Assembly (NCBI GenBank): GCA_040771865.1 | Contig: JAXGZF010000011.1 | Span: 1-64,000, forward strand | Direction of reading: 5' to 3' | DNA from: Desulfobacterales bacterium | GTDB lineage: Bacteria; Desulfobacterota; Desulfobacteria; Desulfobacterales; UBA2245 | Length of the DNA stretch: 64,000 nt | Shown: piece by piece, positions 39,576-49,889 of the stretch | Position numbering within the stretch: position 1 is the stretch's first letter | How the letters are laid out: each line of letters begins with the position of its first letter | Position numbers and translations under genes: made by a program | Notes under the pieces: generated by a model | What the model saw: the letters and a program-made list of their open reading frames with translations, nothing else | The model's database searches: none | Told to the model about the DNA's origin: nothing

Positions 39576-40979
39576 ATGGGTGGATTTTTTGGAGTGGCCT
39601 CTAAAAATGACTGCGTAAATGATTTATTTTATGGAACGGATTACCATTCCCACCTGGGAACCCGACGCGGCGGACTTGCCGTTTGCAACGCCCACGGGTA
39701 TCAGAGATCCATTCACAATATCGAAAACGATTATTTCCGATCCAAATTCGAGCAGGACCTGCCCGATCTTCAGGGAAAATGCGGCATCGGAATCATCAGC
39801 GATCACGACGCACAGCCCCTGATCATCGGTTCCCATCTGGGCACCTTCGCCATCGTGACAGTCGGAAAGATTCAGAATATCGAAGCGCTTGCGCAAAAGG
39901 CGTCCGGCCGGAAACTGCACTTCTCTGAAATGAGCGGAGGCGAAATCAACCCCACGGAACTGGTCGCCATGCTGATCACCGAGGAGGATTCCTTCGAGGC
40001 AGGCATTCAGAACGCCCAGCAGGCTATTCAGGGTTCCTGTTCCATGCTGATTCTGACCCCGAAAGGCATTTACGCAGCCCGAGACCGGTTGGGCCGGACT
40101 CCGGTAATCATCGGAAATAAAAAAAGCGCCTATGCCGCGTCTTCCGAAACCTGCGCCTTTGCCAATCTGGATTATGAAATTACTCACTTCCTGGGCCCCG
40201 GAGAAATCGTATTTATTTCCGAAGACGGATACGAACAGCGCAAAGCCCCCGGCAAGGCCATGCAGATCTGCAGTTTTCTCTGGGTCTATTACGGATATCC
40301 GGCTTCAAGCTATGAAGACATCAACGTGGAATCCGTCCGCTACCGGTGCGGCCGGGCTCTGGCCCGAAACGACACGGTGGCCATCGACTGCGTCGCCGGC
40401 ATTCCGGATTCAGGAACGGGTCACGCCATTGGATATGCCAATGAAAGGCGGATTCCCTATATACGACCCTTTGTCAAATACACCCCGACATGGCCCCGAA
40501 GCTTCATGCCCCAGAATCAGACACGCCGGGATCTGGTCGCCAAAATGAAACTCATTCCCATTCAATCCCTGATTGAGGGGAACAGAATTCTTTTCTGCGA
40601 GGATTCCATTGTTCGGGGCACCCAGTTGAAAGACAAGGTTCAAACGCTTTTCGCTTCGGGGGCAAAAGAGGTCCACATGCGCCCGGCCTGCCCGACCCTG
40701 ATTTATCCATGTGAATTTCTGAATTTTTCCGCATCACGTTCCACCATGGATCTGATCGGCCGTCAGGTTGTCCGGGAACTGGAAGGCAGCGAAGATGCGC
40801 ATCTGGATCAGTACGCCATGGCCGGATCCGAACGACACACCGCCATGGTCAAAGCCATCGAAAAGAAACTGGGTTTGAGTTCCCTGAAGTACCAGCGGCT
40901 TGAAGATCTGGTTGGCGCCATCGGACTGCCGAAACACTTGCTGTGCACCCATTGCTGGGATGGTTCGAGTTGTTTTTAA
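39576..40979 (+). CDS. purF: Amidophosphoribosyltransferase-like protein lacking the N-terminal Cys
   Basis: ARDRLGRTP, GIPDSG, EDSIVRGT, C-terminal LCTHCWDG. The N-terminus is MGGFFG. Confidence 0.88.
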   Translation: MGGFFGVASKNDCVNDLFYGTDYHSHLGTRRGGLAVCNAHGYQRSIHNIENDYFRSKFEQDLPDLQGKCGIGIISDHDAQPLIIGSHLGTFAIVTVGKIQNIEALAQKASGRKLHFSEMSGGEINPTELVAMLITEEDSFEAGIQNAQQAIQGSCSMLILTPKGIYAARDRLGRTPVIIGNKKSAYAASSETCAFANLDYEITHFLGPGEIVFISEDGYEQRKAPGKAMQICSFLWVYYGYPASSYEDINVESVRYRCGRALARNDTVAIDCVAGIPDSGTGHAIGYANERRIPYIRPFVKYTPTWPRSFMPQNQTRRDLVAKMKLIPIQSLIEGNRILFCEDSIVRGTQLKDKVQTLFASGAKEVHMRPACPTLIYPCEFLNFSASRSTMDLIGRQVVRELEGSEDAHLDQYAMAGSERHTAMVKAIEKKLGLSSLKYQRLEDLVGAIGLPKHLLCTHCWDGSSCF

Positions 40980-40981
40980 GT

Positions 40982-41107
40982 ATGACGGCTTCTTAAAAAG
41001 TCCATTTTCTGTTTCACGCCGCATTCCCCGTCACTGTGACGCGCACTGAATACATCTCTTGTTCCGGGATTTGCGATGCCCTGCACTTGAACTTTTTACT
41101 TTGCCAT
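40982..41107 (+). repeat. Degenerate palindromic intergenic repeat (family 2)
   Basis: GACGGCTTCTTAAAAAGTCC...CACTTGAACTTTTTACTTTG. Aligns with 35114-35235. Confidence 0.6.
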
Positions 41108-41174
41108 GAAAATTTTGACTCATTACAGGACTTTCAAAAATCGAGTTTAAAATCTCCAAAGGCAATATTCAACG

Positions 41175-41759
41175 ATGCTCTACCCGAGTTTTACTTTCAA
41201 TCTGCCCGACTGGCTCATGAATTTTTCACCGCAAGAATCGTCGTTTCCCGAAATTGAATCCCGCATGGAACTTGTCATCGAACTTTCGCGGCTGAACGTC
41301 GTACAAGAAACCGGCGGGCCCTTCGGCGCGGCCATCTTCGACATGAACAGCCATCAACTTCTTGCTCCCGGAGTCAACATCGTCGTACCCGCAAAGTGCA
41401 GCATTCTTCATGCTGAAATTGTCGCCATTATGATAGCCCAGCGCATTGTTGGACATTTCACGCTCGGTTCCGACCCCGCAGTCGATTATGAAATGGTGGT
41501 CAGCACCGAGCCTTGCGCGATGTGCTTTGGCGCCATTCCATGGTCCGGAATTCGCAGGCTGGTCTGCGGCGCCAGACGTGAAGATGCCGAGCGCATCGGT
41601 TTTGATGAAGGGCTCAAGCCTTTCAACTGGGTGGAATCACTCGAAAGTCGTGAAATTTCCGTGATAAGAGACATCTGTAGGGAACAGGCGGCGGCAGTTC
41701 TGCAGGACTACCATGAAAGTGGAGGAATCATTTACACCGGCAAGAAATCATCTATTTGA
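41175..41759 (+). CDS. Zinc-dependent nucleoside/guanine deaminase
   Basis: GGPFGAAI, HAE, EPCAMC, IGFDE. Confidence 0.88.
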   Translation: MLYPSFTFNLPDWLMNFSPQESSFPEIESRMELVIELSRLNVVQETGGPFGAAIFDMNSHQLLAPGVNIVVPAKCSILHAEIVAIMIAQRIVGHFTLGSDPAVDYEMVVSTEPCAMCFGAIPWSGIRRLVCGARREDAERIGFDEGLKPFNWVESLESREISVIRDICREQAAAVLQDYHESGGIIYTGKKSSI

Positions 41760-41842
41760 TTTTATTATGAAAATTTAATATTGCAATTTTATGCAAATCA
41801 AAGTAAGTTCTTTGCAATTTATGATTGGCGAAGGCAAAGTTC

Positions 41843-41858
41843 TGGTGTGTTTCTTGCT
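41843..41858 (+). promoter_or_regulatory. Possible sigma54 promoter of ycbK
   Basis: TGGTGTGTTTCTTGCT, GG-N10-GC spacing. Confidence 0.4.
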
Positions 41859-41921
41859 TTAAATTTGAAGCAGGATATGTGCGAGCAAGCACATCTATAC
41901 AGGAGGCCCGATATCATCGAA

Positions 41922-42467
41922 ATGAACCGAAGAGATGCCTTAAAAGCGATATTTGGCGGATTCGCCTCGCTGTACCTTCCATTCTGGATACAGCCAGCGG
42001 ATGCGTCAGCACGCCTGCCCCGGTGCAGCGGAAAACTTTCCCTTTACAATATGCATACCGATGAAGAATTATCCATAGCCTATCTCAATGCACAGGGAAA
42101 GTTGAATCCCAAGGCCTTGAAACGTCTTGATCATTTCTTCCGCTGCCATCACAACGACAAGGTATGCCATATGGACCCCAGGCTTTACAAGCTTCTGGAT
42201 ACCGTTCAAACCCGTCTCGGAGTTCATGATCGAGCCATTCAACTGGTTTCCGGTTACCGGTCTCCAGAATACAACCGCCTGCTGCGCTCCAGGAGCTCCA
42301 GGGTGGCAAAACAAAGTTACCATACAAAGGGCATGGCGGCGGACATTCAAATCGAAGGCGTGTGCCTGTCCAATATTCAAAGAACCGCTATGAAGATCAA
42401 CGCCGGCGGCGTCGGCCGCTATTCTGAATTCATTCATCTGGATGTCGGACCTTCAAGGGCCTGGTAA
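41922..42467 (+). CDS. ycbK: Peptidase M15 / DUF882 peptidoglycan endopeptidase with Tat-like signal
   Basis: MNRRDALK twin-arginine, SGYRSPEYN, SYHTKGMAAD, GGVGRY, FIHLDVG. Confidence 0.88.
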   Translation: MNRRDALKAIFGGFASLYLPFWIQPADASARLPRCSGKLSLYNMHTDEELSIAYLNAQGKLNPKALKRLDHFFRCHHNDKVCHMDPRLYKLLDTVQTRLGVHDRAIQLVSGYRSPEYNRLLRSRSSRVAKQSYHTKGMAADIQIEGVCLSNIQRTAMKINAGGVGRYSEFIHLDVGPSRAW

Positions 42468-42471
42468 ACGG

Positions 42472-44193
42472 TCAGTCCTGCAAATCCAAATCCCTGTCCG
42501 AATCCTGGTTCAGCGCATCCCACAACGGTTTGTCCCGTTCATAGATATCGTCCCGGAAATTCAGTTCGCCGTTTTCGTCAATCCAGGCCGTCCAGTACAG
42601 CAGATGCACGTCACAGGTCTGGTTGATCCGGATCGTTTTTCTTTGTCCGCTCGCGATTAATTGCTCAAGCCGCTCAAGACTCCAGAAGGGATCATCCTGC
42701 AGTAAAAAAACGGCAAGATCCAATGGGTTTCCGACACGAATGCACCCGTGGCTCAAAGCCCGTCTGGGATTTGAAAACAGTCGGCGGGTCGGAGTATCAT
42801 GAAGATAAACCTGAAATTGATTCGGAAACATGAACTTAATTCGCCCCAGCGCATTCCACGGACCGGGTATCTGGCGAATCCGTCCGGGAAGATCGCCCTC
42901 ACGCACTGTGTTCCAGTCGATCTGAGCCGGATTGATGATCCGGATCGGGGATTCCCATCCGGCCACTATCTCGTAGTGGTTGCGGACAAGATAATTCGGA
43001 TCCTTCTGCAATACGGGCAGCAATTCTTTGACCACAATGGAACTGGGTACGTTCCAGTAGGGATTAATGACCATATACCCCATCTTTCCGGAAAACACCG
43101 GCGTCTTCTGGTAGGCTTTGCCGACAATTACCGGCATTTCGATCTGCTTGCGTTCTCCCCGGTACGCCTGAAGCGTAAAAGCGGCGATGTTTACAACGAT
43201 CCGGCAATCCTGCCATTGGCGGGGAAGCCATCGCCAGCGTTCCATGTTCAACTTGAGCTGCCGCCATCTCTGGTCCGCCGTCACATTCAGCGCCGCAAGC
43301 GTATCCTTTCCGACGACGCCGTCTGTCTTCAGACCGTGCCGTAATTGAAAACGGCGAACCGCCGCCTCCAGATTCGGGCCAAACAAGTCGCCGCCGTCAG
43401 TCGGCGCATCAAAATCTCCGCTTAACGCCAAACGGGTTCTGAGCCGCTTGATCCGGGGGGAGCGATCGCCCGGCCTCATCGTGCTTCCTGCCTCGATGAT
43501 CGGCCATCCGCCTGCATCCACAACGGATTTAAGCTGAACCGACGCCTGCGCCAGATTCCAGTATTCAACATGCGGCGGTGCAAGTTCATGAATTGCCTCC
43601 TGAATTTTCCGGTGGACCGACAGCCTGTTCAACATTTCCATAATATCGAATTTGTGGTCAGGAGAAATCCAGTGGGGATCAAAACGCTGCGGACTGACCT
43701 TTCCCTCCAGAAGATGCGTGCTGAAACGAAAAAAGGCATCCGTCATAAGAACATCCATGATTCCGATCAGCTGGTCCGCGTTCCCGGTCCGAGACAGCAT
43801 CTCATTTATTTGATCGCCATACTGCTTCAAAAGCTCAAGGTGGTAATCCTTAGGCCTCAATCCGTGGAGCCATGAAGTTCTGATCGTCTGAATCCAGTCA
43901 TTTCCCAGAGAAGAGGGGCCGTTTCTATCGACCCAGTACGGAGTCCACCAACGGCTTTCGTAATATCGGATCAAAACCTTGACGGATTCAGGTTTCAAGC
44001 ATTCGGAGAGGGACAAATCCCTCTCAAGCACGGAACGGATCGTATCGGAAATCATCCCGGCGGTTTCAGTTCGACCGGAGGATGCATGGAAGATGCCGCT
44101 TCCCGGAATCAGAATACCGAGAATACCGATGAAGACGCAAAACCAGCGCCGCTTCAATTCAAAACCTGAAATTCGCCTCTCATAAAATTTCAT
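42472..44193 (-). CDS. ycbB: L,D-transpeptidase with peptidoglycan-binding domain
   Basis: AVRRFQLRHGLKTDGVVG, NMERWRW, NPYWNVP, YLHDTP, SHGCIRV. Confidence 0.9.
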   Translation of the reverse strand: MKFYERRISGFELKRRWFCVFIGILGILIPGSGIFHASSGRTETAGMISDTIRSVLERDLSLSECLKPESVKVLIRYYESRWWTPYWVDRNGPSSLGNDWIQTIRTSWLHGLRPKDYHLELLKQYGDQINEMLSRTGNADQLIGIMDVLMTDAFFRFSTHLLEGKVSPQRFDPHWISPDHKFDIMEMLNRLSVHRKIQEAIHELAPPHVEYWNLAQASVQLKSVVDAGGWPIIEAGSTMRPGDRSPRIKRLRTRLALSGDFDAPTDGGDLFGPNLEAAVRRFQLRHGLKTDGVVGKDTLAALNVTADQRWRQLKLNMERWRWLPRQWQDCRIVVNIAAFTLQAYRGERKQIEMPVIVGKAYQKTPVFSGKMGYMVINPYWNVPSSIVVKELLPVLQKDPNYLVRNHYEIVAGWESPIRIINPAQIDWNTVREGDLPGRIRQIPGPWNALGRIKFMFPNQFQVYLHDTPTRRLFSNPRRALSHGCIRVGNPLDLAVFLLQDDPFWSLERLEQLIASGQRKTIRINQTCDVHLLYWTAWIDENGELNFRDDIYERDKPLWDALNQDSDRDLDLQD

Positions 44194-44209
44194 AATGACC
44201 CACTATAGC

Positions 44210-44225
44210 AGCAGGCATATTGCCA
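44210..44225 (-). promoter_or_regulatory. Possible sigma54 promoter of ycbB
   Basis: Minus strand TGGCAATATGCCTGCT (GG-N10-GC). IHF-like TATCAGCAAGTTG at 44258-44270. Confidence 0.4.
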
Positions 44226-44350
44226 GTCAATTGCCGTATTCCCTATATATTTTATTATATCAGCAAGTTGCAATTATATGAAGAAAGATTGAACCCTATA
44301 CGACTCTATTCAGGAAATTTCAAGTCTGATGTGTAAAATTAAGGGAGAGA

Positions 44351-44446
44351 TGTTTGTGGCCGACAGCTGTTACCATACGCCTTGATACGGCGGCCGAAGG
44401 TCCAGATTCGAAGTCTGGGTTTGGGGCAAAGTGTCAGCCACAAACA
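44351..44446. repeat. Short element bounded by 15-bp inverted repeats
   Basis: TGTTTGTGGCCGACA ... TGTCAGCCACAAACA (one mismatch), with an internal CCAGA-TTCGAAG-TCTGG hairpin. Confidence 0.6.
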
Positions 44447-44740
44447 ATTCTTCGGCCAACCTGCGCCGCGCCGGCCGCGATTGCATCCTGATTCGAACAT
44501 AGGATTCGATAACAAATAGATATCTATGAAAAAAAGTTGACATGAAAGAGCGAATTGGATAAAGAGGAGCTTCGAATGAAAAGACTATGCTCCTGTTCAA
44601 GCCGAACTAATACAACAAGGCTTTGATTTTAATTATACTTTAAAGGCGGAAGCTGGTATAATTTATATTAAATATGCATAGCGGAGCATACACCGGGTCA
44701 GCAAACGATTCTTACCAACTCTACTGAAGGAGGGCAAGGC

Positions 44741-45322
44741 ATGCAAGAACACAAAGTTAAAGACTTAATGAACCCGATCAGCGAATACAATACCATAGAT
44801 GTCAATGCACATTTCTGCGAGGCATTGAGCGTGTTAAAGGGAAATTATGAAAAGGCCAAAGCCGGCAAAGCCGGCACCTTCCATAAAACCCTTTTCGTTA
44901 CGGACGCCTCCAAGAACATCATCGGAAAAATCGCCATGTACGATCTGATTCGAGGCCTGGTGCCCGAACCTGCAAAAAAACTGGAATTCGCCCGCACCTT
45001 CCTGAATGCACTTTCTTCCCGTTCGATGGAGGTGGCTAAAGATATCGGAGAAATGCAGGAACGTTTTAAATGGGTCAAAAGCACCTTTGTTGAACTGGCC
45101 AAGGCCCAGGCCCACAAGAAGGTAAGTCAGATCATGACGCCAGTCAGCCCCATTCTGACTGAAAACGATTCACTGACGCAGGCCATCTATCTGATGTTTA
45201 AGGAAGGCGTCCGTGAACCGCTGGTCATGAAAGGAGACAAACCGGTGGGCGTTTTGAATCTCATGAAAATTCTCGAGGAGCTGATGGAAGTCGTCGGCGA
45301 GGAATGCTTCGTGAAATGGTAG
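44741..45322 (+). CDS. CBS-domain protein
   Basis: KVKDLMNP and KVSQIMTP CBS starts. GAAGGAGG RBS. Confidence 0.85.
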   Translation: MQEHKVKDLMNPISEYNTIDVNAHFCEALSVLKGNYEKAKAGKAGTFHKTLFVTDASKNIIGKIAMYDLIRGLVPEPAKKLEFARTFLNALSSRSMEVAKDIGEMQERFKWVKSTFVELAKAQAHKKVSQIMTPVSPILTENDSLTQAIYLMFKEGVREPLVMKGDKPVGVLNLMKILEELMEVVGEECFVKW

Positions 45323-45713
45323 TCTGATCCGCTTTTTAAAACCATTTTTTCGAATAGAATTTAAATTAAGGTTCTGGCGGGCAAAGCCATTTGTTCCGTC
45401 AGAACCTTTTTTACAATTACCTTTCCCCCGTTCACCCCTGAATAATCCGACGACATTTTTGTTGATTTTAATCAACCCATAAGTTATTGCTTTCGGGATA
45501 TATACGACGGTTCCGAGAACTAAAGGGCGCAATCATCTGTAATAATAAAAAATACAATTTAATCAGCCTATCCGGCTTTGGTAGCGAGTGAAAATCTGTG
45601 CGTCCCACACTTCCGGAACAAGACTCATGGCCCCTTTCACAGCAATTTCGGAACAGTGTTACGGACTCAGAAAATCGACATCGAAAACCAGAGAATGACA
45701 GGGAGAAACCTTC

Positions 45714-48700
45714 ATGCCCAGACGCGACGACATACGCAAGGTATTGATCATCGGATCCGGTCCGATCATTATCGGCCAGGCGTGTGAGTTTGATTACTCC
45801 GGAACCCAGGCCTGCAAGGCGCTTCGCTCGCTTGGATACGAAATCGTTCTGGTGAACTCCAACCCGGCAACGATCATGACCGATCCCGGTACGGCGGATG
45901 CAACCTACATAGAACCTCTGAACGTCAAGGTTCTTACGGAAATTATCGAAAAGGAACGCCCGGACGCGCTCCTGCCCAACCTAGGAGGCCAATCCGGATT
46001 AAATCTCTCCTCGGAACTGGCCCGTTCCGGAGTGCTGGAAAAATATGGGGTCAAGGTGATCGGCGTCAACGTCGACGCCATCGAACGCGGAGAGGACCGC
46101 ACGGCATTCAAGAATACCATGACCCGCCTCGGCATCGAAATGCCCAGAAGTAAAGCCGTCAACAACGTTGCGGATGCCGAAAAGGTTGCCGAGGAACTCG
46201 GCTATCCCGTGGTGATTCGACCGGCCTATACCATGGGCGGGACCGGAGGGGGCTTGGTCTACAACATCGAAGAACTCCGCACCATAGCGGCCCGCGGCCT
46301 TGCCGCCAGCCTGGTTCATCAGGTTCTGGTAGAAGAATCGGTTCTCGGCTGGGAGGAACTGGAACTGGAGGTCGTGCGGGACGCCAAAAACCAGATGATA
46401 ACGGTTTGTTTCATTGAAAACGTCGATGCCATGGGGGTGCATACGGGAGACTCCTACTGTACCGCCCCAATGCTGACGATTTCCGAGGAACTTCAACAGA
46501 AACTGCAGAAATACGCCTATTCCATCGTGGAAGCCATTGAGGTGATCGGCGGCACCAATGTTCAGTTTGCTCATGATCCGAAAACCGATCGGGTGGTCGT
46601 CATCGAAATCAATCCCCGTACCTCGCGATCCTCCGCCCTGGCATCCAAGGCAACGGGCTTTCCGATCGCCTTTGTTTCCTCTCTGCTGGCCGGCGGTCTG
46701 ACCCTAGACGAAATTCCATACTGGCGCGATGGAACCCTTGAAAAATACACTCCCTCCGGAGACTATGTGGTGGTGAAATTCGCACGATGGGCTTTTGAAA
46801 AATTTCCTGGAGTCGAAGACCGTCTGGGAACCCAGATGCGTGCGGTCGGCGAGGTCATGAGCATCGGCAAGACTTACAAGGAAGCTTTCCAGAAAGCCAT
46901 TCGATCTCTGGAAATAAACCGGCACGGATTGGGCTTTGCCAAGGACTTCAACAAAAAGTCTCTGAATGAGCTGATGCACATGCTTCGCACGGCAACCAGC
47001 GAACGGCAATTTGTCATGTATGAAGCGCTCCGCAAGGGAGCGGATATCGGGGAACTTTACCATCTGACCCACATCAAGCCCTGGTTCATCGAACAGATGA
47101 AAGAACTGGTCGAACTGGAAGAGAAAATTCTGAGCTTTCAAGGCGGGCCGATTCCCGACGAACTGCTCATACAGGCCAAAAAAGACGGGTTTTCCGACAA
47201 ATACCTGTCCAAGCTTCTGGGCCGGCCGGAAACTCAGGTCAGGGAAACCCGGCTGTCACTGGGCATTTCCGAGGCCTGGGACGCCGTTCCGGTCAGCGGG
47301 GTGGAAAACGCCGCCTATTACTACTCAACCTACAACGCCCCGGATCGCGTTCCGGTCAGCGACCGGAAAAAAATCATGGTGCTGGGCGGGGGTCCCAACC
47401 GCATCGGCCAAGGAATCGAATTCGACTACTGCTGCGTTCACACGGCCTTTACCATTCGGGATGACGGTTATGAATCCATCATGGTCAACTGCAACCCGGA
47501 AACCGTGTCAACAGACTACGACACATCGGACAAACTCTACTTTGAGCCCCTGACCGTCGAAGACGTGCTGAGCATTTATGAAAAGGAAAAACCCGAGGGC
47601 GTCATCGTCCAGTTCGGCGGACAGACCCCGCTGAACATCGCAGCCGAACTGGCCCAGGCTGGCGTCAGAATCCTCGGTACCACTCCTGAAGCCATCGATC
47701 TGGCCGAAGACCGGGACCGGTTCAATCAAATGATGCGCAAACTCGGCATTCCGCAGCCCAGATCCGGCATGGCGCACACCGTTGAAGAGGCCTTCAAGAT
47801 CGCCTCGGAGATCGGCTATCCCCTGATCGTCCGCCCCTCCTATGTGCTCGGCGGCCGGGCCATGGAAGTGGTTTACGATTCGGAAAGCCTCGGCCATTAC
47901 ATGCGGGCCGCCGTAGACGTTACCCCCGAGCGGCCCATTCTGATCGATAAATTCCTTGAAAACGCCATCGAGGCCGAGGCGGACGCCATTTCCGACGGAG
48001 CGGACGCCTTTGTGCCGGCGATCATGGAACACATCGAACTGGCCGGCGTTCACTCAGGCGATTCGGCCTGCGCGATTCCGCCGCTGAGCATTCCTCCCAA
48101 GCACATCGAGACGATTGAGGAATATACGCGGAAAATCGCCATCGAACTGGGCGTCATCGGCCTGATGAACATTCAGTACGCGATCTGCAATGATACCGTA
48201 TACATTCTAGAGGCCAACCCGAGGGCTTCCCGTACGGTGCCGATCGTTTCCAAGGTCTGCAGCATCTCCATGGCCAGAGTCGCGACCCAGGTCATCCTCG
48301 GAACGCCCCTTGCCGAAATCGGGCTCAAACAGAAGGCGATCTCCCATTTCGGGGTCAAGGAAGCCGTGTTTCCGTTCAACATGTTTCCCGAGGTGGACCC
48401 GGTTCTGGGGCCGGAAATGCGCTCCACAGGAGAAGTCCTAGGGCTGGCCGATTCCTTCGGACTGGCATATTTCAAAGCCATTGAGGCCACGCAGCTGACG
48501 CTTCCGCTTCAAGGAACCGTGCTCATTACGATCTCAGACCGGGACAAACCCAGTGCCCTTGAGCCGGCAAGGCTTTTCAGAGAGCTGGGATTCAAGCTGA
48601 TCGCAACCAAGGGAACTCTTGAGTTTCTCGCCGAAAACGGCATCGAAGCCGAATCGATTCGAAAGCTGGGATACGGCCGCCCGGATATTGTGGACGCGAT

Positions 48701-48914
48701 CAAAAACGGAGAAATTCATCTGATCATCAACACGCCCGGCGGAAAAGAAACCCAGGAAGACGATTCCTACATTCGAAAGGCCGCCATCAACTACAAGGTG
48801 CCCAACATCACCACCACGGCTGGCGCCCTGGCGGCGGCCAAGGGTATTGCGGCAAGAAGAAAGGGTCAGGCCTGGGTCAAGTCCCTTCAGGACTACCATT
48901 CGGAAATGAGATAA
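45714..48914 (+). CDS. carB: Carbamoyl-phosphate synthase large subunit
   Basis: GSGPIIIGQACEFDYSG, IEINPRTSRSSALASKATG, GPNRIGQGIEFDYCC, C-terminal MGS domain. Confidence 0.97.
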   Translation: MPRRDDIRKVLIIGSGPIIIGQACEFDYSGTQACKALRSLGYEIVLVNSNPATIMTDPGTADATYIEPLNVKVLTEIIEKERPDALLPNLGGQSGLNLSSELARSGVLEKYGVKVIGVNVDAIERGEDRTAFKNTMTRLGIEMPRSKAVNNVADAEKVAEELGYPVVIRPAYTMGGTGGGLVYNIEELRTIAARGLAASLVHQVLVEESVLGWEELELEVVRDAKNQMITVCFIENVDAMGVHTGDSYCTAPMLTISEELQQKLQKYAYSIVEAIEVIGGTNVQFAHDPKTDRVVVIEINPRTSRSSALASKATGFPIAFVSSLLAGGLTLDEIPYWRDGTLEKYTPSGDYVVVKFARWAFEKFPGVEDRLGTQMRAVGEVMSIGKTYKEAFQKAIRSLEINRHGLGFAKDFNKKSLNELMHMLRTATSERQFVMYEALRKGADIGELYHLTHIKPWFIEQMKELVELEEKILSFQGGPIPDELLIQAKKDGFSDKYLSKLLGRPETQVRETRLSLGISEAWDAVPVSGVENAAYYYSTYNAPDRVPVSDRKKIMVLGGGPNRIGQGIEFDYCCVHTAFTIRDDGYESIMVNCNPETVSTDYDTSDKLYFEPLTVEDVLSIYEKEKPEGVIVQFGGQTPLNIAAELAQAGVRILGTTPEAIDLAEDRDRFNQMMRKLGIPQPRSGMAHTVEEAFKIASEIGYPLIVRPSYVLGGRAMEVVYDSESLGHYMRAAVDVTPERPILIDKFLENAIEAEADAISDGADAFVPAIMEHIELAGVHSGDSACAIPPLSIPPKHIETIEEYTRKIAIELGVIGLMNIQYAICNDTVYILEANPRASRTVPIVSKVCSISMARVATQVILGTPLAEIGLKQKAISHFGVKEAVFPFNMFPEVDPVLGPEMRSTGEVLGLADSFGLAYFKAIEATQLTLPLQGTVLITISDRDKPSALEPARLFRELGFKLIATKGTLEFLAENGIEAESIRKLGYGRPDIVDAIKNGEIHLIINTPGGKETQEDDSYIRKAAINYKVPNITTTAGALAAAKGIAARRKGQAWVKSLQDYHSEMR

Positions 48915-48936
48915 ATCTCATCGACATGCTGGAGTC

Positions 48937-48970
48937 AAAAGGGCCGTGCGGAAAGCACGGCCCTTTTTTT
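48937..48970. terminator. Bidirectional intrinsic terminator between carB and cheX
   Basis: AAAAGGGCCGTGC-GGAAA-GCACGGCCCTTTTTTT. Confidence 0.85.
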
Positions 48971-49007
48971 GTTCGGGCAAGCAAATTCAATCCGTTCGAT
49001 TTACTGA

Positions 49008-49889
49008 TTACTTTGAACTCCTGTCGTAATGCTGAAAATGCTTTGGAATTTCAGGGTCTTTGGATGCGCCATCGCCGAGTTTTTCCAGCATTTCGATCGT
49101 TTTGATATCCAGACGCAGCTTGCGAATCTTGGCATCATAGGCGGGAAGCGCGCTTTTGAGTTTTTTCCTCTGTTCGATCGGCATAAAGGGCTTTTCCTCC
49201 AGAAGTTTTTGAATTCCATCACGCACGGCGCTTTCCTGATGCAGCTGTTTTTTCAGCAATTCGAGGCGACCGGCGGCATCAAGGGTTTCGTTTGCCGACG
49301 GTAGCGCTTCTTGCGCTTGCGGCATTGTTTTTTGTGCCGGCGGACTGGAAACCCTGGCCTCTTCCTCTCTCACCGCCGCAATGGGCGAGTTGAGCAAATG
49401 CGATTTATGAGCCGAAACAGGTTTTTCTGTTGTGCTGATGCAGACGTCGACAAAAAAATCCCCTGCCGAAGATGAAAATGGAATCACGATGCTGGGCCCT
49501 TTGAGAACATGATCCACCGTATGGCCGATCCCGTAAATAACGGTCGGAATGGCGCCGTAGACGCGCATTCCCTGCTTTTCCATGTGCGTCCGGGCCACGC
49601 CGGATATCATGTTAGTGAGTTCTCCGACCGCATCCAGAACATCGTCATTGATTTTCGGATACGGCTCGCCGAGCATCTTTTCGACAATTTTCAAAATGCT
49701 ATCAATGTGAAAACTGATAGCCAAAGATCCAATGGCGTCCCCTGTAATGCCGATAATGCCGGATACATCTCCGCAGGCTGCATCGCCGGATTTGACATAG
49801 GGGTTGCCGGCTTTGGGTTCAATGAAGGCCATTTTTTTCAACACATCAATGGTTCCGTATAAAAACGGATTGATATATCGAACATCCAT
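49008..49889 (-). CDS. cheX: CheX chemotaxis phosphatase with long C-terminal extension
   Basis: YINPF, DVSGIIGITG, DAVGELTNMISG, IPTVIYG, followed by about 140 aa of linker and coiled coil. Confidence 0.85.
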   Translation of the reverse strand: MDVRYINPFLYGTIDVLKKMAFIEPKAGNPYVKSGDAACGDVSGIIGITGDAIGSLAISFHIDSILKIVEKMLGEPYPKINDDVLDAVGELTNMISGVARTHMEKQGMRVYGAIPTVIYGIGHTVDHVLKGPSIVIPFSSSAGDFFVDVCISTTEKPVSAHKSHLLNSPIAAVREEEARVSSPPAQKTMPQAQEALPSANETLDAAGRLELLKKQLHQESAVRDGIQKLLEEKPFMPIEQRKKLKSALPAYDAKIRKLRLDIKTIEMLEKLGDGASKDPEIPKHFQHYDRSSK

